61,902 bases of DNA, filler included, from Choristocarpus tenellus KU-1152 (GCA_964200185.2; 11 parts of 11 records of this genome joined end to end with filler, not necessarily neighbours in it); one strand, 5' to 3'; positions 39,131 through 52,489 are shown, counted from the whole stretch's first letter. Notes: generated from the letters alone by a model not told the origin. Translations and numbers: made by a program.

Positions 39131-39213
39131 CCGCGTGTACCCCAGTGGTCAAAGGGGGAAGACTTAAGTTCTTCTGCGTAATTGCTTCGAGGGTTCGAAC
39201 CCCTCCGCGCGGA
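39131..39213 (+). tRNA. tRNA-Leu (TAA), intronless, long variable arm
   Basis: Acceptor CCGCGTG/CGCGCGG, D arm CCCC/GGGG with TGG, anticodon stem GAAGA/TCTTC with loop CTTAAGT, T arm GAGGG-TTCGAAC-CCCTC, discriminator A; a T7 run ~12 nt downstream fits a Pol III terminator. Confidence 0.95.
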
Positions 39214-41280
39214 AAGGCGTAGTGGTTTTTTTCAGTTATAACAAATCGATTTTGCGTTCGCGTGTAAATGCGTTATCTTTGTCTGTGCCATCTACCTGTA
39301 CGTTCTACTATTATTACACTTATCTCCGTCCTGCTCCCTCCGCCCTTCCTCGCCTCCTTTCCCCTCTCCCTCCCCAATCCTTGCATGCATTGTTCACCTT
39401 TTTTGTTTTCTCATTGAGAGAGATCTGCAATGATGACACCGATTCTCCTCTGTGGGTGTTGGTGTGTAGTGCCAAGGGTTTTGAATGTATGTCTTAGCTC
39501 CATGTTATATGCTACATACTATTATTTTATGCCTGTTGACATTTTGCACATGTTATTATGGGGGGGACAGGAAGCAACCTACAAGACAGAAAATACAACA
39601 CAACAAACAACAGAGTCAGCTCTGTCCGCACTATAATAGGAGCCTATATAACAACTGGATTATATCGTCAGAACATCAAAGAAACCTATGACTAAGTAAG
39701 CATCTGGAACTATACTACTTCTTGCCCTAGGCTTGCTCTACGAAGGTCTTCTCTAGGAACAAGGGAAGAGTCCCTCGAATTGGTCAAGTCTGACTACAGT
39801 AGTGCTCCCTTCCTGATGAGACCCCCAGTCCCCCTACCATCCACCTAATTAGATTGACTCTCATTTTAATTTTTTTCTGCATTGCTATTCATTCCAAGTA
39901 AAAGTGTTTTAATGTATTATCCCTTCTCCTCTGACTACCCTTTCTTTCGACTCTTGACTGTGGGTTTGTGACCCCTCAGACAAATGCGTCAATGCAAATC
40001 AATAATCGCAATCGCTTGTTGTCGTTCTCTGCTTTCGGCTATCATGATAATGAATAACTGCGATCTTTGACCAGTGACACATTGTCAATTTCCGTCCACT
40101 ATTTTGCAATCATATTTCTTTATAGGACATTGCAGATTCTGCGTCCCAATAAGGAGGAAGAAGAGGAGAAACATACAAATTCTTCAGCGTAATTGTTTCG
40201 GGATCCTGGCATACCAATCCACCCACCCTGCCCACTCCACTCTACCTCTCTGGCACCTCCTCTCCCCAAACATTCTGCGGAACACACATCCACGTTAGCG
40301 AACAAATGCAAAAGCAATAGTCGGCTCAAAGTATCTGGGGGGGTGGCGACTGTCCATTTGGNNNNNNNNNNNNNNNNNNNNNNNNNNNNNNNNNNNNNNN
40401 NNNNNTTAATTAATTAANNNNNNNNNNNNNNNNNNNNNNNNNNNNNNNNNNNNNNNNNNNNCCCTCACAAACCACCCCCCCCCCCAGATACTTTGACCCT
40501 AGAGTTGGGGACTGTGGGCCTGTCCAGACCACCAAGTCCTTCCTCCTGCGCAGAAATACTCACCTGAGGAAACGGAGCTTCACCCTCGAAATTGGTGCCT
40601 GCTAGTGTTGGGCAAGTACGGCCTCATAGGAAAGATGCTCACAATCCTGAAAAGAGGAATCAATACGTGATGCTTGGTTGGATCATGAGCAGGTTTGTGG
40701 TTAATATGGTAGTAGCTGTCGTAACCCGTCATTCATAATAAACAAGTACCCTGGATTTCGTATGAAACCTGTGTGTAGTGCTCAGAACCTCTTATCTCCT
40801 GGACCAGACTAGGTAGAACGTGTTCAAACTCGTGAAGGAGCGAGTGGCGTGTGAACTGTAGCTGTAATCCGTCCGACTCAAGAAATTGCGATGGAGATGT
40901 GGTGTTGACAACACCCAAAACCAGTGCTATTATTCCACAAAGGGTTGTGTCCGATTGAATTGAGGATTGCATGTGTTTTTTTTTTAACTGCACCTATGTA
41001 GGGGTATTGATCGTGTTCTGACAAAGGATCAAAACGATAGAACACAAATTTTCTCCTTTTTCCCTCCTCCATTTTCTCACCCACAGCCCCAAACTTCCAC
41101 ATAATATCTCAAATATATGACCGTGTCCTGACTAAGGACCAAAATGATAAAACACAAGTTTTCCCCTTTTTGCCTCCTCCATTTCTCACCCACAACCCCA
41201 ATCTTCCACACAATATCTCAAAAATCCATGTCCATCGAGGATATCAGATAACATCCATAATTTTTCCGAACTTCAATAAA

Positions 41281-42525
41281 TGATGGCTCCCTAGCCCCTC
41301 ACCTTGGAGTACAGGACTAAGCTAGGTTAGGGGGTTAGGAAGGGAAGGGTGTACATAAGTGGTATAAAATAGCGAATAGATTAATAGGCCTTTCACATTT
41401 ATGACAATTGTTACTTTTTTGGGGTTTATTTCTGACATGTGAATAGTTTTTGTTGACTTTTCCCCTGACACATCTTCAAAATGTCAAATGGCCTAATAAT
41501 CTAGTTGTAGAAGACAAACATCAGTAGAAATATGGAGGTAATTGGAGGAAGTTGTAACGATCTAAGTATCATATTATTCCCTTGGACATTTTGGAGATGT
41601 GTTAGGGGAAAAGTCAAACTCTCCGCAGTTTCTATTTGCTCCCTCAAAACACTACACGTATCTTGTGCAAAATATCCATGCCCATCAAAATATAAAACTA
41701 TAGCTCTATCTAGATGTGTCATGCATTTTAAGCTGGAGACACCAGGGAAATGGGCAAGGAGGGGCTTGTTAGATTCTTGGGATGCTTGCCTAGCTCCTCA
41801 CCCTGGGGTCCAGGACTAAGCTAGGTTGGGGATATAGAAGACCAACGATGTAGCATCCTGTCAGTAAAATAGTAAAAAATAGTACATATACTACAACTGT
41901 TACGTTTTGAAGGGTTCAGATATTTGAATGGTTTTTCATTGTTTTTTCCCCTCACAAATCTACAAAATGTCAGACGGCATAATAATAAAAATATAATACT
42001 CTCATACCACCACAAACAACAGTATGTAGATACGATACAACATACATTTTTTTTATAAAATGCCCTTTGACATTTTGCAGATGATGTATCAGGGGGGAAA
42101 CCAATGAGAACTATTCACATGTCAGTATAAGCCCTCTAAAGAAATGAAATATGTGTGACAGACACAGGTCCCTATGGGACCTGATCTCATTCCAGACACT
42201 CATCCGCGCGCACACACAAGTCCATTGCGCGCACATTTATTTTGTTATTAGTGACTTTCCTGCCAACATCTAAAACAAGTTTGAGGATCCTCAAAACCAC
42301 TTCCGGTTGAATGTTCACAAAGATGTGACATCACCCGTCGGATCTGAGGCGCCATCAAAACTTATCCTAAGATTTGATGACCGAGAGAGCTTTGGGTTCG
42401 CTGGAACCACCTCACCTTGACACAACTAGTGATTCTGAACACCCCACACGACTGATTGGACCCTGCCTCGTGACATATGTAACAAATGTGAAAAATATTA
42501 GTCTATTTGCTATTTTACTATATGC
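41281..42525. mobile_element. Cluster of CRE-like non-LTR 3' ends: 41281-41500(+), 41701-41990(+), 42055-42525(-, split by a solo LTR)
   Basis: ALSRCVMHFKLETPGKW and a shared 3' region ...TGTGAATAGTT...CCCCTGACACATCT.CAAAATGTCA.A.GG..TAATAAT. Confidence 0.7.
42154..42475. mobile_element. Solo LTR family B, TSD TATG
   Basis: TGTGACA...GTGACA with TATG on both sides; removing it rejoins the non-LTR 3' sequence. Confidence 0.75.
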
Positions 42526-43111
42526 GTCAGAGAAAAAGCCAGTTCAATATTGAGTTCACTTTTCACTGACTTTTCCTCTCGCACATCTGGAACAAGGGAG
42601 AGGATATAATAATACATATCATAAGGACCACTAAAAAGTAGCATTGACGTAAATGTGAAAGGTACTCTCCAAAATCTATTGACTATTTGACTACCAGGTA
42701 TCCAACACCAGTCAATATACTATCCCATGTTTTACATTATCCTGTACAAGACTTGATCAATATTATGTAGTGTAAAGAGTAGTGAGGTGAGTAGTGCTGA
42801 AGGAACCAAAGTTCGAGTTGGGATGGGTCAAACTTAACAGACAAGGGAACATTGATGTTTTGTCAGACAATGGAAAATGTATAATGTAAGGAGTGGTAGT
42901 TTATATTTTGTACAACATTTGTGTTTTTTTTAGTTGCATGGTGGAAGAAGTAAATTTTAGTGCATAACTTGGGTGTTGGTTCCTCAGAAATATATTATTA
43001 AGATAATAAAATATTTTTTGCGAAATGTCGTAACCTCTCTCAAAGCATCAACTTGCTCTTCTCTTGCTACACCGTATTCAGCATCATCAACTTACCTCTA
43101 CCTTCTGTTCC

Positions 43112-46100
43112 ATGGTGCGATCACTGAATGGGGATGTCAGTCGACGCTCGTACTTCCACTGTGATCCATGTGAAGAGACCAAGCTCAAGACACAAACCCC
43201 GAATGTGACCAAGGTAGGCTTGTACTTGGAGGCATTAGGCGTCCCAGCCTAGCGTCATGACTATATCCCCAGCTCCATGACCCCTGGTTCTGGGATCGAC
43301 TAAATATTCTCAACTCTCACAAAAATGCCTGTGTGCCCACGTTAGTCACTCCTCGTTTCAATTTGGTTCCCCAGGCCCGTTCAGGTGCACGGCGAAGGAG
43401 TTGTGACCGTTGCTCAACCAGGAAGGAGAAATGCAGTGGCAACGACCCATGTGACCGATGCACGAGGGCAGATGCTCATTGTGCCTTCTCGAAGTGCAGG
43501 ACGTTAGGAAGGCCAAGAGTTCCTCAAAAATCGAATAAGCGTAGGGCCTCGGTGCAACACCCTGAGGTTATCAGAAAGGAGCCCTTCAAACGGGTTACCC
43601 TATCAACCTCAGCAATCACAGGCCTTTCGGGATTGATAGAGGACAAGTACCTCAATTGTTTTCTGGAACATTTCACCCCCTTCTACCCCCTTCTGGATGA
43701 TCGAGGTGCAAGAAGTGGATTGATCGCCATCATATCTGGGAAGGTAGATGTGGAGGTCTTGGATGTGGGAGAGGGTCGTTGTGATGTATTGGATGGGATC
43801 CTTGGACGGTCGCCGAAAATGCAGTTTGCACCCAAACTCGACAAGATGAATATCTGGGACACACGGAAGCGCTACACTAATATTAGCTGCTTATTTTCTG
43901 GGATAGCTTTGGGTGGTATGTTGCTGGGAGCCCCCCCTGCGAACGTACAACCCCACATTAACGTGGCGTTGGTCTCGCTGCAGTATTGCGAAGACTTTTC
44001 AAGTAAGGAGGCTTTCGCCGCCTACTTTCTCCTCGCAATGGCCCAGTTCTGGTGCGGCTCCTCTGTGGGCAACAATTATATCAAATGCAAAGGACTTGCG
44101 ATCCGATGTTTGACACACTTGCAAGAGAGTGAGAGCGGGCCAACTCATGAAGAAAAAGTGACAATTCACGATATAATGAAGTATCGTGCAATGGTTGACG
44201 ATATACTACATCCTGGAGACATTTTGTCGGCATCTGTCATCCCACTTCCACCTGTCCAAGGCCAAATTTTCGGAAGGGACAGCAAATCGAGAACAATCCT
44301 TCCAAGGAGAAAGAAGCCCATTCCTTTGCGTATGGTAACGGACATGCTCACACATCTTGGACTCTCTGACTGGTCGCCTGAGAAACCACCACCAATATTT
44401 GGAAGTGACTTACGAGAGTTGTGCAAGCTCATACAGGAGGAGATAAGAGAGCTTGATACTCAGTGCTCTCAAACATATGAGGAGCACTGGGGGGGGATGT
44501 CAGAGTATCTTGTTGGTGGAGCCTACGTCCTGGTGCTGGCCTGTTTGAAGGAATTGGATGACATGCTGCCTGTGGTACTGAAGATGGTCGCAGCTTTGCA
44601 AAGATGCCCTGGATTAGTGTTGGTGAGAGAACAATTTCTCACGCCCGACAAGTCTCATTCCTACATATGATTCTCTTTGCTGCACAATGTGTAAGTTTCA
44701 CTGATGCCTGCTACTACCCAAGTTTCTAGTTATACCCGCATTGTTACCTGGTAGAGTTGTACTTCGATTGTGGTTTCAGGTCGAGCTCTAGGCTATATGA
44801 GTTCATTTGATGCAGGAAGTGGAACTCCTCGTACTTCATAGTCGAATAGTAGATGGACGTTAATATTTCCTCTGCTGTAGAATTGGAACGTACACATTTG
44901 ATGCCAACAGGTTTACAACCTTTTGTGATTGAGGTTGGTTGACATTGGTCTGAAGTGTATCTTGCTGAGTGTCAGGGAGAGGCTTTAATTTAAGGTAGGC
45001 TCGAGAATGATGTGTTTTAGGAGTGTTCTACAGATAGTTTAAGGTAGTGTATTTGCAGCAAGAGTCAATTATCTTAGAGGGTAGAACCGCGTCCATTTGG
45101 GGGCCAAAATCCAATGTTGCGATTTTGATGTAATTTTGTCTATAATGTTTGTTAGGAAGTGTCAATATCCTTGTTCCGGACACACCTTTTCATGGTGTAT
45201 ACATCTTACCTACTCCGAAACATTTTGGATTAGGAAAATGTCATAAATAACCCATGGGAAGCCAAGCCCCAAATGGACAAACAGGGCAAAACTCATACCC
45301 TCTAAGATACTTTTACTCCAATACGCACACCTATATGTTTGATACGAATTATATTTGCAAAGTGAATAGTAGTAGTAGTAGTACCTCCATATCCATCCAA
45401 ATCTTGATCTTGTGTGTCCCTTCTCCCCCTGCTGCCGTAGGGAGATGAAATCACTTCACAATGTTGATATTTCTATCCACCCTTGTGAGTTCATCCTTGT
45501 TGGTATTGCCTGTCACAGACTAACCTTAATAAACACACACCCTCCCTCTCTGTCTTCCCGAACCATCAGTACAATCCGCACATCATGCACATCATGCTTG
45601 CTGTACTGAAAGCCCATGAAAAGCGCACGGAGTATGACAAGTTGTGGGCCACTAGAGGGTGTGACGGACTGCCAAGCTTCGATCAGTTGATACCAGGTTT
45701 TCTTCATTGCAAGACCTCAATTTGCCAAGGTCATATTGAACGGATTCTAGCCCTGGGCATTGATAGGAAAAGGCATATGGGCGGAGGAGGGTTCAATATG
45801 ACATTCACTTTGGAGCTCCCAAACCCACCATGTGACGACCACACCAGTGTTGTGCCTGCAAATTTTGGTCATGGTGCCAGCAATTGCAGTGGGAGACTTG
45901 AGATGCTAGCCTTTGGGGAAACAGAGTCACAGAGAGGTGCAGTGACTATAGGAGAAGCTTCCCCGTGTTCACAGTATGCATTTAGGGAAAAGACACCTGT
46001 AATATCAAGGGGAGACTCCACGTGCTTGGCAGTGGGGGATGATACCCTGGGCCCCAACATATCTCAGGATCCAAGGGGATTGGTTGAGGAGTTATTCAGA

Positions 46101-46700
46101 ACAGAGACAATTCTGACAGACAGTAGAGGAGTGGGCTTCGAGCAACAGATGCAACAAAAGAGGGGGAACCAAGTTGCACATCGAAAATGGGAGAAACAAG
46201 CATTCGGATGTGTTGGTGAGGGCATAGGAGAGGAGGAGGTTAAGAGGTTATTGAGAGAGGTCAACACTAGCACAGGGTTGTGCAATGGGCAGTGGCAAGA
46301 TGAGGGGCATGATGTTGACCGAGCTGTCGCTTGTTCCAACTCAAAAGTACCTCTCGATCTTTCCGAGCAAGAAGAGGAATCCAGCTTGGAAGAGGGAACA
46401 GGTCAGAGCTGGACACTGCGTCATGTGGACTGTTGGAAGAGTAAGATGCAAGATTTTCCCCATCCACCACTTGCTGTTTGCTCTAAAGAGGCTGCAGGAT
46501 TACTTCATGTGAGAGGGGGATGTGATGAAATTATTCAGGAGCAGTCTCCTTTGCAGTTGCCAGTCATATCGGATTCCCTCATGGATAACATTGACAGGGA
46601 GACAGAAAAACTCCTGTTGACTTCATTTGTACCACCACCTCTCCAGTACCATCACCAGTTGCAACAACAGGACTCAATCTGCACAATCTACCCCTTATAG
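43112..46700 (+). CDS. Zn(II)2Cys6 binuclear-cluster transcription factor (~826 aa); exons 43112-43213, 43375-44622, 45570-46700
   Basis: RRSCDRCSTRKEKCSGNDPCDRCTRADAHCAFS = CX2CX6CX5CX2CX6C; YLNCFLEHFTPFYPLLD middle region; phase-0 GT-AG junctions. The first exon is less certain. Confidence 0.9.
45062..45318 (+). mobile_element. MITE full copy in intron 2 of the Zn2Cys6 gene (TSD imperfect, GCAA/CAAT)
   Basis: GAGTCAATTATCTTAGAGGGTA...TACCCTCTAAGATACTTTTACTC. Confidence 0.9.
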
Positions 46701-47149
46701 GTTTCCTTGTTGAGGCATTCCCTAACCTCCAGTTGCATACGCTCCTCGACCTTTTCTGTAACCTACCAAATTCTGGACAAAATATTTCTGACCTGCAGAT
46801 TGCAGGAAGGAGTGGTTCATACATCAGTTGTATGCCCCAATCCTGTATTGGAAACGATCAGGGGGACTTGACAGTTTCAATGTTGAGGGAGGGGCTTGGA
46901 ATGCACTAGTCTATCAAAAGCACCCCTATCACAGTCAAGGTTGGAAGAGGTGTCGGCAGGCTTCTCCTGCTGTATCGGTCCTTGCATTGACTGGGAAGTG
47001 TCCGAAGTGTGTTGTCTCTGTAACCAGGAGTCGTCGTGAGGGAAACGAAAACAGTTAGTTTCTCATAGACACAAGAATGTACTCCTGGTATATGTGATAT
47101 TGCGAAGGCATTTTTGTTTAGAAATATTTTTTTTGTGGCAACAAGTGGA

Positions 47150-47700
47150 TACGATCGGTATGATCAACAGCAGGTTGACTCCATTGATACTGTGAGACCC
47201 TGCGGGAGGAGGATCATGAGGGGAAACGTCTTAAGGCTTTGCGATGGACAAAATCAACGACACTTCACTTTTTGAGGTAGAGGATGATCTTAGGGAGTGT
47301 ATGTTGCGTTTTTCTGTGTTGACCGGATTGGGGAAGAACTTTATTTTTTACTTTAGCAACAACGAGGATGGAGCTGGTTACCTTAAAGATCAGCTTGCAT
47401 GCTCCATCATGGTCCCCAGACATCTCAAACTGCAATGAGGAAACTGTTGAGTAAGGGTACTGGTGTGTCTGTAGCACATTTTGCTCAAGCAGACGGTGAT
47501 TGATAGAAACTGTATGGTCATTCATTGAGACATTCAAATGAAGAAATTCATCCTCTGTGAAGAGGGTTGTCACCTTGGCATAAAAGGGTTTCGAAGGATG
47601 GTTTTAACTCTGTTTATATTGCATCACAGCGTGTGTCTTATCTTATACGTGTTGCAGAGTGATGGATGACTTTCGAGAGAGCAATGCCAGTCAAGTACAA
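47150..47700 (+). pseudogene. Possible highly decayed PIF/Harbinger-type transposase remnant
   Basis: Scattered DGAGYL, SSRR*LIETVW and CITACVL fragments loosely resemble the D.GY, S..R..VE..FG and ACCVLHN motifs; many stops. Confidence 0.3.
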
Positions 47701-48099
47701 ATAATAATCAACACGTCCTATGCAACTGATAACTTGCGTCGTGGAGATAAAGAAGTAAAACGCCAAGAAGAAACAAAAAGGCAACCTTGAGTCCATATAA
47801 AACATTACTAATATCCCTCATAGTATGTGTGTATGATAGACAGTGACTGCTCCCATGGTTTCTGTCCACTGTGACTTACTGACAGTGGTTGAGCAAAGTG
47901 TGACGATGAACTAATTATGGGAATAGGATTAGCGACCAACACAATGGACGAATCAGCATTCAGTGTGAGCTGGCGGTGCTGCATCATATCAAAACAAATC
48001 GAATGAGTAACCTATGGTCTAACACTTGCAACCATGAAGACATCAGTTTGAAGGGCTTACCAATGCGTACAATGGTATATTTTGTACGTATCATAAACG

Positions 48100-48572
48100 T
48101 ATTATTATTCCCTCTGACATTTTGTAGATGTGTCAGGGGGGAAACCAATTAGAACTATTCACATTGTCAGTATAAGCCCTATAGAAATAAAATGTCATAA
48201 ATGCCATAAATGTTAAAGACACTAATCTATTTTTTACTTCACCACTATGTTGTACTACAGCCTTCCAGTGCCTCCAATCTACCTTATACTTGTACCCCAG
48301 GGAGAGGAGCTAGGGAGGCATCCCGGGAATCCAATAAACCCCTCCCTGCCCATCTCCCTGGTGACTCCAGCTTAAAACGCATGACATGTCTAGACAGTGC
48401 CACTTTCGTAGTCACAGAGACAATTTGGCGTGTAGCCGGGATTTAACTACTCCTTTCTTCCTGCAATATCCTCCCGCTCCTCTCCCCCCTACCATGTGAG
48501 TAGCCAGCTCATCCAGGAAGCATTCTGCTTGTTTGCCGAGGGGTTCAAAACTTTCCACCACGAAGGTGTTGA
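48100..48572 (-). mobile_element. CRE-like non-LTR retrotransposon 3' end, longest copy, interrupted by the poly-G element at 48573
   Basis: LNTFVVESFEPLGKQAECFLDELATHMVGGRGAGGYCRKKGVVKSRL then QIVSVTTKVALSRHVMRFKL; the 3' UTR ends in AATAATAAT. Confidence 0.75.
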
Positions 48573-48586
48573 GGGTCCAAGTATCT

Positions 48587-48620
<34 letters not shown>

Positions 48621-48818
48621 CGGGTTCGGTCAAAAAACTTTTTTTTTTNNNNNNNNNNNNNNNNNNNNNNNNNNNNNNNNNNNNNNNNNNNNTTAATTAA
48701 TTAANNNNNNNNNNNNNNNNNNNNNNNNNNNNNNNNNNNNNNNNNNNNCCCAATGGGCCGCCGGCGGAGGGGTGGACGGAGGAGGGGGGGGAGGGGGGGG
48801 GGAGGGGAGGGGGGGGGG

Positions 48819-48855
<37 letters not shown>

Positions 48856-49532
48856 GGGGAATCACTTTAATTCCAACAAGTTCCATGAGTGGCAGATAAT
48901 GACAGAGTTGTGATGGGGTTGGAGTCTTCTTATCATTGATCAGCACCACCATTAGCAAGGTGAGGTGCAGGAACGTTTGTGCACCTGATGGGTATCATAT
49001 CTGCTTGCGCACTACTTTCTCCCATATGAACAAAAAAAATGTGTATCTTCAACCATGAAACCTTTAGAGTAACAAAAATATATGCCACAGATCAATGCAT
49101 TGCAAACATGTACCACCAACTCATACCCCTCCTCCAGCCCTTGCCCAATATTTGGTACGTGATGGAAGACAGCCAAGTTGGAGGGGGGGACCTGTCAGCA
49201 GGAGTCCTCCCCTCACAATGGTAGGGTTACTGAAATTTGTTTATCCCTTTGAACTCCATCACCTTCCAGAACTTGAGTTTATCAGCATGTCACACACAAA
49301 TACAAACGAATAGATAACTGCACAAATGTTTGGACATGACTTTTAAAAATGGGGGCGAGGACACTGTCACTATCACCACGCACTAACTTCAATATTGCTA
49401 TGCGTTATCATTTATCAGATATGAACAAGGGAAGGAGACACCCACAAAAAAATAATCAGGTTAGTAGAAACCCCAACAAACGATAGCCAGAGTTTGTTTA
49501 TTATGGGAGGGGACATGGTGTATCATCATCAC

Positions 49533-49678
49533 CTCTTTAGCTACCCCTGCTGCCACCACAGTCGCATCTCCACACACTCGCTCCATCTCCGAATCACTAC
49601 CGAAACTACCTACACAACTTACTACACCTACAGCACCCTCAATCTGGCAAGAGGAGACCATGTGTGGGCAGGTCAGCA

Positions 49679-49717
<39 letters not shown>

Positions 49718-49797
49718 ATTTATAGGAATTGCTTATCGCGTTAGGGGGGAATAGGAGTAATTGTAAAAAGAAAAANNNNNNNNNNACACCACACCAC

Positions 49798-49831
<34 letters not shown>

Positions 49832-49832
49832 T

Positions 49833-49889
<57 letters not shown>

Positions 49890-50834
49890 GGAGTGGAGGA
49901 GTGGAGGCCATCTATATGAATTGCTCATAGCATTAGTGAGCAATAGTACTATATTGATAAAGAAAAACGCCGGTCTTGTGCACAGGATCAAAACAGGTCA
50001 ATACAAAGCGTTTTCAGGCTGATCAACTAGAGACCGCACGTATAGGCAGCAAACGAGACGAAAGAGGTGGTGCAACGAATAAGATCATTCTCATGAAGAT
50101 AACACAAATATGATCTAATATATTAGATTTGGAAAGAGGGAAACGTGCAAAGTCAGAGGAAGGGAGAAGAATATCAGACTTGCCTCATTAATGTAGTCGT
50201 CAGGGGAGAAGATGTCCGCCTTCACCCACCGCACATCTCGTGCCCATGGGCCTACCTTAGATGGAGCACCTGATCTATTAACGCTTGTTACCTGAGCTCC
50301 CGTCGCTGCAGCAGCCTGACAAACCCTTTGCCCAACAAATCCACTGCCACCGAAAACAACAACCTGGTGCACAGAATATCGAGTGGTTGAACAATTAGGA
50401 TGAGAGTTACTGACTAGATCGGAGTTGCTAGAGGTTTAATGCTGGAGACATGAAGAAAACCGCAACAACAGGCTCTACTACTAAAGAATGAGCAATATAG
50501 GTCTAGCCGAGGTGATTGATGTATTTCCCTTCGACAAACGTTGGAAGATCATGCACAATGTTATACAGAACCGAATGCTTCTCTTGGTATGTAGATACTA
50601 AGATGAAGTTACAAAAGCTGATCTCTTCAATTAAGCCCAGCAGGGCATAGAAATCTTTGTACTTCCACAACAAGGCTGGTGGATCGAGACCTTCGTTGTG
50701 ACTTGTCCATTTCCCGCAACATCTTCTTCACTATGCGATGTGCTGAATCCCCGCATAGAGAGATTGAGTGGATGATTCCATCTATGGGTCAGAAGGGACC
50801 CTAGGAGAGAGGGTCGTGCAACCTGAGACAGCAT
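49533..50834 (-). CDS. NAD(P)-binding atypical SDR / epimerase-family protein (COQ11/YLR290C-like) with putative mitochondrial presequence; exons 50834-50691, 50363-50184, 49643-49533; 3' part missing
   Basis: K|VVVFGGSGFVGQRVC (GGxGxxG Rossmann), SVNRSG, WARDVRWVKAD, |IEGAVGVVSCVGSFGSDSEMERVCGDAT. The N-terminus is Arg/Ser/Leu-rich, ending MRGFST. Confidence 0.88.
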
Positions 50835-51755
50835 CTGGTTTTTAGATCAACGAAGGCAGAGAAGCAGTACAGGTATAGAGTACAATAATGACTACAAAAA
50901 AATATCTCATTTTAACCTTGTTTTCGTCGGTCACTAAGAAACAATATTGACGCTACTACTACACGATAGTAATACAATGACGCTGGGACAGGGGAGGTGA
51001 TGGAGAAAGGCGACGACAGTACGCGAGATAGGCAAGGGCGAGGAACGAACATACGTGGGGGACACAGGGCTGCTTGGGGAATAGATGGGCAGGTTTCGGT
51101 TTCACAGAATGGGGAAGGTCGGACGGAGACCAGAACAGGCTCACATGGGGATAGGCCTGTGAGGTGGTAGAGGAACGAAGGTCGCATGGAGAGCGGGTCG
51201 CCCCCCCCCGAACGCGATGAGGAGGAGACGGGAGAGCAGGCGATAGGAGNNNNNNNNNNNNNNNNNNNNNNNNNNNNNNNNNNNNNNNNNNNNTTAATTA
51301 ATTAANNNNNNNNNNNNNNNNNNNNNNNNNNNNNNNNNNNNNNNNNNNNCAGTGTGGGGGATGCTGTTACCCCCCAGTTTAGCCAGCCTCGGCCAATAAT
51401 TTCTGCCAAGTCTTCTGAGGGGACTCCTGCAGATAGGAGGGTGTGGGTGGATGATCCCAGGGCCCTTGCTATGGGGCTCATAGAGATGGCTTGCGGGAAA
51501 GATTCGCCGTGGGGCCCTTGTTGCCTAGCTAGGAGGGTGGGGAGAGTAGCCACATATATAGGAAGAAACGTAAGGGAGAGAAATGCAGCAAATTGTGACA
51601 TCAATGTAATCGAGTCTGTGTACTTCCTTACACAAAATGCCTCCTGAACCACAAATGAGAGTTGTATTGGGACGTACCCGGTATAGTTCTGATTCACTCA
51701 CAAAAGAGGAATATTAGTACGCTCCAGTTGTCCCAACAAGAAAAACAACTATATA

Positions 51756-52489
51756 TGATACAGGCGAATAGCGCAAGCATTTATTTTTACGTGCCAAAAT
51801 GAGCGAACAGTATACATACGTACGAAATCATGTAAGAGAAACTTTGAATTGATAGAAGATGCAGAGTAAGATTTGAAATGCGTACATAATCTTACAGAAT
51901 AGATGTCAATTCCTGGAAGTTGCAGAGTAAAGATTTATGATTGGAGTATTTACACAGCAGTTTGCAGACTTCACTCTTTAGCTGTAGAAAAACGGAGAAT
52001 GATATTAATAAAAGGATGTGTTTTGACCACATGCTCAGTTCTTTGATCCTTACCCTCTTTTGATAATGTAAAAAGCAAGACATTGACTGAGCTAAGCATC
52101 AACTGACAATATACATGGTCGAGCGAAAGTATCTTAGAGGGTAGAGCAGCGTCCATTTGGGGGCCAAAATCCAATGTTGCGATTTTGATNNNNNNNNNNT
52201 GTAATTTTGGCTGTCGTGTTTGTTAGGAAGTGTCAATATCCTTGTTCTGGACACATCTGTTCATAACGTATACATTTTACCTACTCCGAAACATTTTGGA
52301 GTGGGAAAATATCATAAAAAAGCCCACGGGAAGCCAACCCCCAAATGAACAAAGAGGGCAATACTCGTACCCTCCAAGATACGTTCAGTCGGTCATCATC
52401 TGTGAACCCCCGCGTAGCGTCGTTTTAAGGTCATTGGCTTTGAGTTGCATATCCTGTGGAGGTGAGTTCTGGGGGGGCACGCTGCAACA
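51756..52489. mobile_element. Solo LTR family A (flanks TATA/TGTA) containing a MITE
   Basis: TGATACAGG...CTGCAACA; homologous to 54797-55350. Confidence 0.8.
52121..52390 (+). mobile_element. MITE full copy (10-N gap inside), TSD GGTC
   Basis: GGTC|GAGCG-AAAGTATCTTAGAGGGTA...TACCCTCCAAGATACGTT-CAGTC|GGTC. Confidence 0.9.

Noticed and set aside
40560-40975. Possible minus-strand gene start (MQSSIQSD...HYTQ|gt)
   Set aside because: The next candidate exon gives an in-frame stop in the matching phase, and no family is recognised.
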